Assembly (NCBI GenBank): GCA_963757295.1
Contig: CAVWQZ010000007.1
Span: forward strand, 14,303-78,302
Source of the DNA: an uncultured Actinomycetota bacterium
Lineage (GTDB): Bacteria; Actinomycetota; Actinomycetes; JACCUZ01
Direction: 5' to 3'
Length of the DNA stretch: 64,000 nucleotides
Shown: positions 44,594 through 54,819 of the stretch, piece by piece
Layout of the letters: each line of letters opens with the position of its first letter
Position numbering within the stretch: the stretch's first letter is position 1
Notes under the pieces: model-generated
The model's input: the letters and a program-made list of their open reading frames with translations, nothing else
What the model was told of the DNA's origin: nothing
The model's database searches: none
Made by a program: the position numbers and the translations under genes

Positions 44594-47500
44594 CAGTACT
44601 GCACCTCCTGCGAGCGGCGGCGGATGACGGTGACCTCGTCGCGCTGGTTGCCGGTCGGGCCGAGGTAGTTGAAGGCGAAGGACAGCTGCGCGTAGCCGCC
44701 GACCAGGTGGGTCGGCTTGATGAGCAGCCGGGTGAGCGAGTTGTGGATGCCGCCGCGCTTCTTCGACGTCTCGGCGATGGGCACGTCGATCAGCCGGTCC
44801 TGCGCGTGGTGCATGTAGACGGTGCCCTCGGGCATCCGGTGCGACACGATCGCCCGGGCGACCACGACGCCGTTGCGGTTGACCGCCTCGATCCAGTCGT
44901 TGTCGTGCACGCCGATCTTGGCGGCGTCCTCCTTGCTCATCCAGATCATCTGCCCGCCGCGGGACAGGCTGAGCATGAACAGGTTGTCCTGGTACTCCGA
45001 GTGGATCGACCACTTGTTGTGCGGCGTCAGGTACCGCACCGTGAGCCCGAGCTCGCCGGTCTCGCCGACCTGCGGCTCGCCGAACAGCGCGGTCATGTTC
45101 AGCGGCGGCCGGAAGACCGGCAGGCCCTCGCCGAGCTCGGTCATCCAGTCGTGGTCGAGGTAGAAGTGCTGCCGGCCGGTGAGCGTGTGCCACGGCTTGA
45201 GCCGCTCGACGTTGATGGTGAACGGCGAGTAGCGCCGCCCGCCGGTCTCCGAGCCCGACCACTCCGGGGAGGTGATGACCGGCACCGGCCGGGCCTGGGT
45301 GTCGGCGAAGGTGATCTGCTTGCCCTCGTGCTCGGCGGCCAGGTCGGCCATCGGCTGCCCGGTGCGCGCCTCCAGGGTGCGGAAGCCCTGCGTCGCCAGG
45401 TGCCCGTTGGTGGTGCCGGACAGCGCGAGGATCATCTCGCAGGCGTCGACGTCCCGCTTGAGCGACGGCCGGCCGTCGGCGACGCCGCCGCGCACCGCGC
45501 CGTTCTTCCGGCGCAGGTACTCGACCTCCCGGTCGAGCGTGTAGGTGACGCCCTTCGTCGTGGCGCCGAGCGTGTCCATCAGCGGGCCGAGCGCCGACAT
45601 CTTCGCGGCGACTGCCGGGTAGTCGCGCTCGACCACCACCAGCTTCGGCATCGTGCGCCCGGGTACCGGCTCGCAGTCGCCGGCCTTCCAGTCGGCCACC
45701 ACGCCGTGCGGGTTCGCCATCTCGTCGGCGGTGTCGTGCAGCAGCGGGACGGCGACCACGTCCCGGCGTACGCCGAGGTGCGTCTCGGCCAGCCGGCTGA
45801 ACGTCTCGGCGATCGTCTGGAAGGCGTCCCAGTCGGTGCGGGTCTGCCACGGCGGCGCGATCGCCGGGTTGAACGAGTGGACGAACGGGTGCATGTCGGT
45901 GGTGTTGAGGTCGTGCTTCTCGTACCAGGTGGCGGCCGGCAGCACGACGTCGGAGAAGATCGTCGTGCTGGTCATCCGGAAGTCCAGCGACAGCAGCAGG
46001 TCGAGCTTGCCCTCCGGCGCCTCGTCGCGCCAGACCACGTCCTTGGGCCGCGCCTCCGGCGGCGCCTCGGTGGCCCGCAGCGAGTTGTCGGCCCCGAGCA
46101 GGTGCTTGAGGAAGTACTCGTTGCCCTTGCCGGAGGAGCCGAGCAGGTTGGCCCGCCAGACGGTGAGCACCCGCGGGTAGTTGTCCTCGGCGTCGGGGTC
46201 CTCGCAGGCGAACCGCAGGTCGCCGGACTTCGAGCTGCTCGACGACGTAGTCGCCGACGGACTTGCCGACTGCCTGCGCGTCGTCGGCGAGGTTGAGCGG
46301 GTTGCGGTCGAACGTCGGGTACGACGGCATCCAGCCCATCCGCGCCGACTGGGCGATGATGTCGGCCGTCGTCTTCCCGGCGAGCTGGCCCTCGCCGGTC
46401 GTCGCGGACAGCGTGTCGGCGCCGAAGTGGTCGTAGCGGTACTGGTCGGTGTGCAGGTACCAGTAGGCCGTCTGGATCATCTGCCGCGGCGGGCGCGACC
46501 AGTCCAGCCCGAACGCGAGCTGGGCCCAGCCGGTGACCGGGCGGCACTTCTCCTGGCCGACGTAGTGCGCCCAGCCGCCGCCGTTGACGCCCTGGCAGCC
46601 GGTCAGGGTCGTGAGGGCGAGGAACGCGCGGTAGATCGTGTCGGAGTGGAACCAGTGGTTGGTGCCCGCGCCCATCAGGATCATCGACCGGCCGCGCGAC
46701 TCCTCGGCGTTCGCGGCGAACTCCCGGCCGATCCGCTCGGCCTTGTGCGCCGGGACGCCGGTGATGGCCTCCTGCCAGGCCGGCGTGTACGGCTCGGAGG
46801 CGTCGTCGTACCCGGTGGGCCAGGTGCCGGGCAGGCCGTCCGCGGCCGACGCCGTACTGCGCCAGCATCAGGTCGAAGACCGTCGTCACCAGGTGGCCGC
46901 CGACCCGGCGGACCGGGACGCCGCGCCGCAGCACCGCCGCCGAGCCGTCGGGCGCGTCGAAGCGCGGCAGCAGCACCTCGACGGGCTCCTCGGCGCCGCC
47001 GGCAGCGGAGAGCAGCGGGTCGACCTCGCCGAGGTCGAGGTTCCACTCGCCGGCGCCCTCCGCGCCGAAGCGGAAGCCGAGCGAGCCGTTCGGCACGACC
47101 GGCTGGCCGGTCGCCGAGTCGAGCAGCACCGTCTTGAACTCGGCGTGCTCGGCGTCCTGCTCGCCGGCGAGGTCGGAGGCGGTGAGGAACTTGCCCGGCG
47201 AAGTAGCTGCCGCCGCGCTGCTCGAGGCGGACGAGGAACGGCAGGTCGGTGTACTGCTTCACGTACTCGGTGAAGTAGGGCACCTGCCGGTCGACGAAGA
47301 ACTCCTTGAGGATGACGTGGCCCATCGCCATCGCCAGCGCGCCGTCGGTGCCGGGTTGCGCGGCGAGCCACTCGTCGGCGAACTTCACGTTGTCGGCGTA
47401 GTCGGGCGACACCGCGACGACCTTCTGGCCGCGGTAGCGCGCCTCGGCCATCCAGTGCGCGTCCGGGCGTGCGGGTCACCGGGACGTTGGAGCCCCACAT

Positions 47501-48323
47501 GATGAGGTAGCCGGCGTCCCACCAGTCGCCCGACTCGGGCACGTCGGTCTGGTCGCCGAACACCTGCGGGGAGGCGACCGGCAGGTCGGCGTACCAGTCG
47601 TAGAACGACAGCATCGAGCCGCCGATCAGCGACACGAACCGCGCGCCGGAGGCGTGCGACACCATCGACATCGCCGGGATCGGCGAGAACCCGGCGACGC
47701 GGTCCGGGCCGAACCGCTTGATCGTGTGGACGTGCGCGGCGGCGACGATCTCGCTGGCCTCGTCCCAGGTGGCGCGCACCAGGCCGCCCTTGCCGCGGGC
47801 CTGCTTGTAGCGGCGCGACCGCTCGGGGTCGTTGACGATGTCGGCCCAGGCGAGCACCGGGTCGCCGAGGCGGGCCTTGGCCTCGCGGTACATCTCCAGC
47901 AGCACGCCGCGGACGTACGGGTAGCGCACCCGGGTGGGGGAGTAGGTGTACCAGGAGAAGGCGGCGCCGCGAGGGCAGCCGCGCGGCTCGTACTCGGGGC
48001 TGTCCGGGCCCGACCGACGGGTAGTCGGTCTGCTGCGACTCCCAGGTGATGATGCCGTCCTTGACGTAGACCTTCCACGAGCAGGAGCCGGTGCAGTTGA
48101 CGCCGTGCGTGGAGCGCACGACCTTGTCGTGGCTCCACCGGTCGCGGTAGAAGTCGTCGGCCTGCCGCCCGCCGATCTGGTGCAGCGTGCGCAGGTCGCT
48201 GGACACCGTCGCCTTGGGTGAAGAACCGGCGGGTGCGGACCAGCGCCTCGGTCAGCGGGTCGTCGAGGGCGGCGCGCCGCCCGGACCGCTGGTGGCCGAC
48301 TCGGGGGTCTCCTGCTTGCTCAT
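44593..48323 (-). CDS. narG: nitrate reductase alpha subunit NarG, about six frameshifts
   Basis: SHDKVVRSTHGVNCTGSCSWKVYVKDGIITWESQQTDYP (Fe-S motif), YSPTRVRYPYVRG, GFSPIPAMSMVSHASGARF, MILMGAGTNHWFHSD, and the C-terminal block in ORF 44593..46170 ending VTVIRRRSQEVQY. Confidence 0.95.
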
Positions 48324-49069
48324 GGACGGGACGTCCTCTCGGTCGCGCTCCGGCTCTTCGTCGAACCTAGCCCCAGCGTCAGCACGCAGGCACCGGGCTC
48401 GGCGAAGGCCACCAGGCTCGTCGGCTTCGGGATCGCCGCCCAACGCCGCGACCGCGCCGCGGGCGATGCCGAGGTGCACCGGACACACGACCTCCGGGTT
48501 CGCGCGAGCGGCGTCGAGGAGCGGGCAGCGCACGGAGCCGTACGGTCGTGGCACGGGCATCGGTCTGCGGGTCGAAGCCCAGCTCGGCGAAGAGGGAGAC
48601 GACCTCGCGCGGGCGTACGCGGGGGTTCCGGGCGGCTCGTCCGCGACCAAGCGAGCGACCCCATGCCTCGCCGGCAGCAAGGGCGTCACCCTCCGGGTCG
48701 GAGCTCGTGCTGGAGATCTGCGCCGCCAGGGCGGAGGCCAGCCCCGCGTAGTCGCGGACCCGCGGGTCCGGGCTCCGGCTGCTCCGCGACCGCGGAGTAG
48801 GACCACGCCGGACGTCCCCGCCCGCCCGCCGCTGCCAGCTCCCGGGTTGCCAGCCCGCGCTCGACCAGCGCCTCGAGATGCTTGCGCGCGGTGTTCGGGT
48901 GGATCCGCATCCGGGTCGCTGTCTCCTCGACGGTGGTGGCGGTGACCGCGTGCTGCAGCTGCTCGAGCACCCGTGCGCGCTGCGCCGAGAGCATCGTGCC
49001 GCCGACGGCGTACCGGACGGGCGCCGGCCCGTTGGTCTCCGGGTTGGCGTAGGTGGTCCCGCGTGACAC
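48320..49069 (-). CDS. winged-helix (ArsR/MarR-like) transcriptional regulator with a C-terminal Cys/His region; frameshifted; start uncertain
   Basis: RARVLEQLQHAVTATTVEETATRMRIHPNTARKHLEALVERGLATRE, CPLLDAARANPEVVCPVHLGIARGAV and LVAFAEPGACVLTL. It lies between narK and narG on the same strand. Confidence 0.6.
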
Positions 49070-49077
49070 CGGGCGCA

Positions 49078-50284
49078 CTACTCGCCCGCCTTCTCGCGTG
49101 GTAGGCGAAGGACGACGAACGCCAGGGCTGCGGAGGCGGTGATGCAGAGCAGCACCAGCCCGATCGTGTAGCTGCCGCTGGCTTCGTCGTAGGTCGCCCC
49201 CATGACGAGCGGCGGGAAGAAGCCACCGAGGCCGCCGGCCGCTCCGACGATGCCGGCGACCGAGCCGACCCGGTTCGCGGGCGCTCGGAGCGCGACCCAG
49301 GCGAAGACTCCACCCATCCCGATGCCGAGCAGGAATGCCATGGTGACGAAGGACGCACCCGCAGCCAGCTCGGGTGCCGGCTGCGCGGCGACCACCAGGG
49401 CGAGCACGGCGGCGCCGGCCAGCGAGACGATGACCACGGGCCGCGGGTGCAGCCGGTCCGACAGCCAGCCGCCGATCGGCCGGGCGACCACCGCAGCCAG
49501 CGCGAAGCCCGCGGTTCGGGTGCCGGCCTGGGTGAGGTCGAAGTCGTAGACGTCCTTGAGATAGGTCGGCAGGTAGGTCGCGAACGCCACGAAGCCGCCG
49601 AAGGTGACGGCGTAGAGGAACGACATCGCCCACGTGACAGGCAGCTTGAGGGCCGCGGTGAGCTTGGGGACGACCGGGTCGATGTTCGGGCTCCAGCGCG
49701 GGGAGTCCTTCATCATCGTCCAGCTCACGACGCCGACGAGGTGCTACGGCGACCGCCACGACCAGGTAGGTCTGGGTGTAGCCGAACCAGGTGACGAAGC
49801 GAGGGGTGAAGAACGCGGACAGCGCAGTGCCGCCCATGCCGGCGCCGAACACGCCGGTCGCGAAGCCGCGCCTGGCCGGGTCGAACCACGCGCTGACGAA
49901 CGGGATGCCGACGGCGAAGGTCGTACCAGCGATCCCGAGGAAGAAGCTGACACCAGCAGCAGCGAATGAGGTGGGCGTTTCCCGCGATCACGACGAGGAC
50001 GATCGGGGGATCGGAGGCGAAGCAGAGCAGGCTGAACATCAGACGACCGCCGAAGCGGTCGGCCAGGGAGCCGGTGACGATCCGGCCCAGGGAACCGACG
50101 AGGACCGGCGTGGCAACCAGCAGTGCCTTCTGGCCGGAGCTGAGCCCGAACTGCTCGGTGTAGCGCACCCCGAGCGGGCGATGAGGTTCCAGGCCCAGAA
50201 GGTCATGGCGAAGGCCAGGGTGGCCAGCCCCAGGTTGCGCATCTGCCCGACCCGGACGTCGAGAGCGGTCTCGGCTGGGGTCAT
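49078..50284 (-). CDS. narK: MFS nitrate/nitrite transporter NarK, about three frameshifts
   Basis: MRNLGLATLAFAMTFWAWNLIA, LLVATPVLVGSLGRIVTGSLADRFGGR, FGAGMGGTALSAFFTP, YAVTFGGFVAFATYLPTYL and GIVGAAGGLGGFFPPLVMG. Confidence 0.85.
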
Positions 50285-50324
50285 CTCGGTCTCCGTCGCC
50301 CGCGATCGCGGTCTAATTTCTACG

Positions 50325-50339
50325 TACTACAGTGTAGTA
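50325..50339. promoter_or_regulatory. perfect 7-1-7 palindrome, candidate operator in the divergent narK / hemerythrin-like intergenic region
   Basis: TACTACAgTGTAGTA lies 4 nt upstream of the ATG at 50343 and 41 nt from the narK start, inside the only AT-rich patch of this intergenic region. Confidence 0.5.
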
Positions 50340-50342
50340 AAG

Positions 50343-50832
50343 ATGATGGTGCGTGACCACCCCCTCCAGGAAGGACATCCCGGCGGTGTGAGTACTGCGG
50401 TTGCCAGGCCCTGGACGCGATCGCCGAGCTCACGGCCGAGCACGACGCCGTGGTCGAGCTGGCCGGGCAGGCTCGCCGGGCTCTCGGACCGTGGCGACCT
50501 GGACATCGGCGGCCGAACGCGTCGCGAGCCATCGCCGCGGTGCTCCGGCCGCACACTGCCGTCGAGGAGGAGGCGCTGTTCCCGGCGATGGCGGCGGAGT
50601 TCCCCGGCCACGTCGACCGCCTCGTCGCGGACCATCGCCGGATCGACGAGGTTCTCGCCGGCTCGTCGTCCGGCACACCCTCGGACGCGGAGTGGCCGGC
50701 TCGGCTGGAGCATGTCCTGACGGAGCTGCGTGAGCACATCCTGCGAGAGCAGGACGGCGTGTTCCCCGCCGCGCTGGCCTCGCTCGACAACGCCAGTGGG
50801 ACGCCTTGGACGCGGCCCGGGCGGCGTTGTGA
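50343..50832 (+). CDS. hemerythrin-like (HHE cation-binding) domain protein with an N-terminal CEYCGC motif; frameshifted
   Basis: CEYCGCQALDAIAELTAEHDAVVEL, HTAVEEEALFPAMAAEFPGHVDRLVADHRRIDEVL, LTELREHILREQDGVFPAAL, and the end QWDALDAARAAL. Confidence 0.6.
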
Positions 50833-51426
50833 TCGAGCCCAGGCCGACCCGGTGGGTCACCGACACCGGCGAAGGGCACTCCCAGTGGTACATCGAGCGC
50901 TTCCGCAGGCTCGCCGCCGACGGGGCCGACCTCGGTGGTGAGGCCCGGTTGGTCGATGCCGTTGTCCCGCCCGGCTCCCGGGTCCTCGATGCCGGCTGCG
51001 GCCGGGGAGGGTCGCCGCACACCTGCACGAACGAGGTCACCACGGTGGTGGGCGTCGACGCGGATCCCGAGCTGATCGAGGCCGCCCGTACGGACCATCC
51101 CGGACCGGAGTGGGTCGTGGGCGACCTGGCCCACCTCGACCTCCCGGGCGAAGGAGTCCGCTGCGGTTCGACGCGGCGGTGCTCGCCGGCAACGTCATGG
51201 CGTTCGTCGCTGCGGGCACCGAGCCGGCAGTCCTGGCGCGGGTTGCGGCGCACCTGGTGCCCGACGGTGTCGTCCTCGGGGCTTCGGCACCGACCGGGGC
51301 TACCCGTTGGAATCCTTTGACCGGGATCTGCGGGCGGCGGGCTTCGAGCTCGAGCACCGCTACGCGACCTGGGACCTCAGGCCATGGCACGACGAAGCAC
51401 CGTTCGTGGTCAGCGTCCTAGGCTGA
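50829..51426 (+). CDS. class I SAM-dependent methyltransferase, frameshifted
   Basis: GTGA overlap with the upstream gene. Motif I is RVLDAGCG.G. Further pieces are VVGVDADPELIEAARTDHPGPEWVVGDLAHLDLPGE, FDAAVLAGNVMAFV and ELEHRYATWDLRPW. Confidence 0.7.
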
Positions 51427-51462
51427 CCGGCTCGAACGGCGAGCGGCAGTCATGACGACGAC

Positions 51463-51711
51463 GTGACCGAGCAGCCGGAACCCGTCGAGATGGCGTTCCT
51501 GACCGGCGTCGGCGCGCTGATCGAGATCACGGCGGATGCGACGTGCTCACGGCCGAGCGCCCGCCCGCTGCGTTGGATTGCCGTGCCCCTGCTGCTGATT
51601 CCCGCGGTGATGCTTGTCGCTGGCGTCGGCGACGCTGGCTTGTGGATCACGGTCTTCGCCGTTGGCGTAGCGCTCGTAGCTATCGATGTGATCCGCTCCC
51701 GCCACGCATGA
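51463..51711 (+). CDS. hypothetical small membrane protein
   Basis: An 82-aa ORF with two hydrophobic segments (LRWIAVPLLLIPAVMLVAGVG and LWITVFAVGVALVAIDVI). No family recognised. Confidence 0.35.
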   Translation: MTEQPEPVEMAFLTGVGALIEITADATCSRPSARPLRWIAVPLLLIPAVMLVAGVGDAGLWITVFAVGVALVAIDVIRSRHA

Positions 51712-52136
51712 GTGCCGTAGTCGGTGTTGCGGCGCACCAGCCGCAAGGGCGGGCCGCGGTGGCCCTGCCAGAAGCCACGACGAACCAGCGAGGCGGCAAC
51801 CAGTCGCGGCGACTGCCCGCACGGCGCCGGTCACCACAGCTCCGACTATCTGGTCGCCGCCCCAGCCGGGCAGTCCTCGCCATGCGTATGTCATCGGTTC
51901 GGCTCCGATCGGCGGCTCTCACATCACCCCAGGTCACGGCCCCTTTCCCGGTCTCGGGACAGGGGCCGTGCCGGTGTCCAGGGCCGGCGCGTGCCCCAGC
52001 ATCTCGGACGGCCTCCCACGGCCGTCCATCCGGGCCCCGCCGACCTCTGCGCCGGCTTCATCCCGAGTGGGTGATGCATCGAACGTCAGTGGGGGACGAC
52101 GGTCAATGTGCGACGCGGGCAGGACGGAGTTCGTCG

Positions 52137-52913
52137 ATGACCGACACGACGACCGCTCCTCAGGGCTTTTCCACCGAAGAGATGTCGCAGCTGCTCGGCC
52201 TTCTCGAGGGCGCCGACACCGTCGAGCTCAAGCTGACCGTGCCGGACGGGAGCCACCGATCAGCGGTGGTCGCTCTCGGGATGGACCCGTTGGACGCGAA
52301 CCTGCGCCAGGTGTTCTTCTTCGACACCAAGGATCTGCTGCTCAACCATCACGGCGTCATCGTTCGGGCCCGGCGGGCCCAGGGCGGCGTCGACGACTCA
52401 GTGGTGAAGCTCCGGCCGGTTGTCCCGAACGAGCTGCCGACCAAGCTTCGTAAGCTGCCTGACTTCGGCGTGGAGGTCGACGCGATGCCGGGAGGCTTCG
52501 TCTGCTCCGCCCGGTTGAAGGCGTCGCTCCGCACGGGCAAGGTCAAGGAGGCGATCTCCGGCGAGCGGTCGATTCGCTCGCTGTTCACCAAGCAGCAGCG
52601 AGCCTTCCTGGCCGAGCATGCCCCGGGCGGCGCCGGCATCGAGGACCTGACTGTCCTGGGCCCGATCACGGTGCTCAAGCTGAAGTTCTCCCCTCGCGAG
52701 TACGGCCGGCGGCTGGTCGCCGAGCTGTGGAACTACCCGGACGGCTCGCGGATCCTGGAGCTCTCCACCAAGTGCGCACCGGCCGAGGCGTTCGACGTCG
52801 CCGCGAAGACCAGGGCCTTCCTCGACGGACGAGGCATCGACCTGACCGGCGAGCAACAGACGAAGACCAAGACCGCACTCGAGTTCTTCTCCCAGGAGGC
52901 ATCTGGAGGGTGA
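52137..52913 (+). CDS. CYTH-like (triphosphate tunnel metalloenzyme) domain protein, intact; assignment tentative
   Basis: A 258-aa ORF with alternating charged beta-strand motifs: VELKLTV, FFFDT, GVIVRARR, SVVKLRP, GVEVDAM, VLKLKF and ILELSTK. Confidence 0.45.
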   Translation: MTDTTTAPQGFSTEEMSQLLGLLEGADTVELKLTVPDGSHRSAVVALGMDPLDANLRQVFFFDTKDLLLNHHGVIVRARRAQGGVDDSVVKLRPVVPNELPTKLRKLPDFGVEVDAMPGGFVCSARLKASLRTGKVKEAISGERSIRSLFTKQQRAFLAEHAPGGAGIEDLTVLGPITVLKLKFSPREYGRRLVAELWNYPDGSRILELSTKCAPAEAFDVAAKTRAFLDGRGIDLTGEQQTKTKTALEFFSQEASGG

Positions 52914-52920
52914 GCGACGT

Positions 52921-54753
52921 GTGGTGCGGTCGACGTGGCTAAGGATGGGCAGGACGACCCGGCGGGGAAGGCGCCAGACGCGGACCCGGGCGCGCGGCGC
53001 ATGCCTGACGTGCCGCTGGAACCGTTTCGGGTTGCCTACCGTGGGCGGAAGCCGTTCACGATCGGCGCACAAGCCGCCGCTGAGCACGCGCTACTTGCCG
53101 CTCGTCGTCTCGCTGCGCAGGTACAACCGGATCCGGCTGCGTACGGACGCGCTGGCAGGGGTCACGGTCGCCGCGCTCGCGCTGCCGGCGTCGATGGCCT
53201 ACGCGGACATCGCCGGGCTGCCGGTCACGGCCGGGCTGTACTCGCTGCTGCTGCCGTTGGTGGTCTACGCGCTGCTCGGCTCGGCACCGTGGCTCGTCGT
53301 GGGACCGGAGAGCACCATCGCGCTGCTGGTCGCCGCCGGGCTGGCGCCCCTGGCCATTGCGGGAACCGCCGAGTACACAACGTTGGCGGCAGCGCTGGCC
53401 TTGATAGTCGGCGCGTTCTATCTGGGCGCCCGGCTGTTGCGGCTGGGCTGGATCGCCGACTACTTCTCCCAAGCAGTCCTCGTCGGCTACCTCACTGGCG
53501 TCGCGATCCTGATCGTTCTCGGGCAGTTCGGCAAGCTGGTCGGAGTGTCCAGCGACCAGGACAACAAGGTCATCGCGGTGGGTGACATCGTGGCGCATCT
53601 GGGTCAGGCCAACGCCGCCACGGTGGCCCTGGCCGCCGTCTCCCTGCTGCTGCTGGTCGGACTGCGGCACTTCCTGCCGAGGTTCCCCGCTGCGCTGCTG
53701 GTCGTGGTGCTGGGCATCGTCGCGTCCTGGTCACTCGACCTCGCCGCGCACGGCGTGACCATCGCGGGGCCGGTGCCGGCCGGTCTGCCCGACCTCGCGT
53801 TCCCGCGGGTCGGCGGCTCCGAGCTGCTGCAGCTGGTCGGGGTCGCGGGCGGCATCTTCCTGGTCGGCTTCTCCGACTCGATCCTGACCGCCCGGTCGTT
53901 CGCGGCCCAACGCGGTGAAACGATCGACGGGGACCAGGAGCTGCTCGCCTTCAGCGCGGCGAACGTGGCCGCGGGTGTGACCCAGGGAATGCCGGTGGGC
54001 ACGGCAGGGTCGCGCACCGGCGTGAACCTCAGCATGGGGGCCACCAGCCAGGTCAGCGGGCTCGTCGCGGCCGGCTTCATCTTCATCGTTCTCGTCCTGC
54101 TGACCGAACCCATCCAGTACCTGCCCGCCGCCACCCTTGCCGCGGTCATCGTGACCGGGGCGATCCGCCTCATCGACCCGGACCAGTGGCGGTTGCTCGG
54201 CCGCAGTGATCGCGCCGAGCTGGTGATCGCGGTGATCACGGCGGTCGCCGTGATCAACCTGGGAGTGCTCGTCGCGTTGGTGGTCGCCGTGGTGCTGTCG
54301 CTGCTCGACGTGATCCGCCGGATCGCCCGGCCGAACGACGCGGTGCTCGGCTGGTCGCCGGCCGCGCTCCGGTACGCCGATGTCAGCAGCGATCCCGACG
54401 TCGCGGTCACTCCGGGCGTGGTCGTGTACCGGTTCTCCGACCGGCTGTTCTTCGCCAACGTCCACTTCTTCAAACGACGGGTATGGGCTGCCGTGGACGC
54501 AGCGCCCAAGCCGACCCGGCACTTCGTGCTGGACATGGCGGGGGTTCCCGGCATGGACTCGAGCGCCGCGGCCGGACTGCGGGAGCTGCATGACGGCCTG
54601 TTGGCGCGCAACGTCAGTCTGGAGATCGCGCGGGCCACTGACCCCCTGGAAGCGGCGATGGACCGGCTCGGCCTGGTCGAGCTCATCGGAACGGATCACT
54701 TCCACGGAACGGTGACCTCCGCAGTGGAGTCAGTGGCTCGACCCGACGCGTAA
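52921..54753 (+). CDS. SulP-family anion transporter with a STAS domain (copy 2), intact; true start uncertain
   Basis: LRTDALAGVTVAALALPASMAYADIAGLPVTAGLYS, GFSDSILTARSFA, SAANVAAGVTQGMPVGTAGSRTGV, and the STAS part VVYRFSDRLFFANVHFF...FVLDMAGVPGMDSSAAAGLRELHDGLLARNVSLEIARA. Confidence 0.9.
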   Translation: MVRSTWLRMGRTTRRGRRQTRTRARGACLTCRWNRFGLPTVGGSRSRSAHKPPLSTRYLPLVVSLRRYNRIRLRTDALAGVTVAALALPASMAYADIAGLPVTAGLYSLLLPLVVYALLGSAPWLVVGPESTIALLVAAGLAPLAIAGTAEYTTLAAALALIVGAFYLGARLLRLGWIADYFSQAVLVGYLTGVAILIVLGQFGKLVGVSSDQDNKVIAVGDIVAHLGQANAATVALAAVSLLLLVGLRHFLPRFPAALLVVVLGIVASWSLDLAAHGVTIAGPVPAGLPDLAFPRVGGSELLQLVGVAGGIFLVGFSDSILTARSFAAQRGETIDGDQELLAFSAANVAAGVTQGMPVGTAGSRTGVNLSMGATSQVSGLVAAGFIFIVLVLLTEPIQYLPAATLAAVIVTGAIRLIDPDQWRLLGRSDRAELVIAVITAVAVINLGVLVALVVAVVLSLLDVIRRIARPNDAVLGWSPAALRYADVSSDPDVAVTPGVVVYRFSDRLFFANVHFFKRRVWAAVDAAPKPTRHFVLDMAGVPGMDSSAAAGLRELHDGLLARNVSLEIARATDPLEAAMDRLGLVELIGTDHFHGTVTSAVESVARPDA

Positions 54754-54772
54754 GGCGACGCGGCTACGCAGT

Positions 54773-54805
54773 GACGGGGGGCGCCGCAGTGCGGCACCCC
54801 CCGTC
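54773..54805. terminator. GC-rich hairpin between convergent genes
   Basis: GACGGGGGG...CCCCCCGTC outer stem with inner GCCGCA/TGCGGC pairing. Confidence 0.6.
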
Positions 54806-54819
54806 GAGCGTGGTGCTGG

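Noticed and set aside
42902-46684. A very long 1260-aa minus-strand ORF, and similar long ORFs such as 5828..7624, 1272..2375, 7710..9188, 14465..16597 and 44707..46296
   Set aside because: They are Arg/Pro/Ala/Gly-rich low-complexity translations in the wrong frame or on the antisense strand of recognisable genes (narG, recA/recX, ABC permease, miaB, dapF/hflX). This is the usual open-frame artifact of DNA with more than 70 percent GC.
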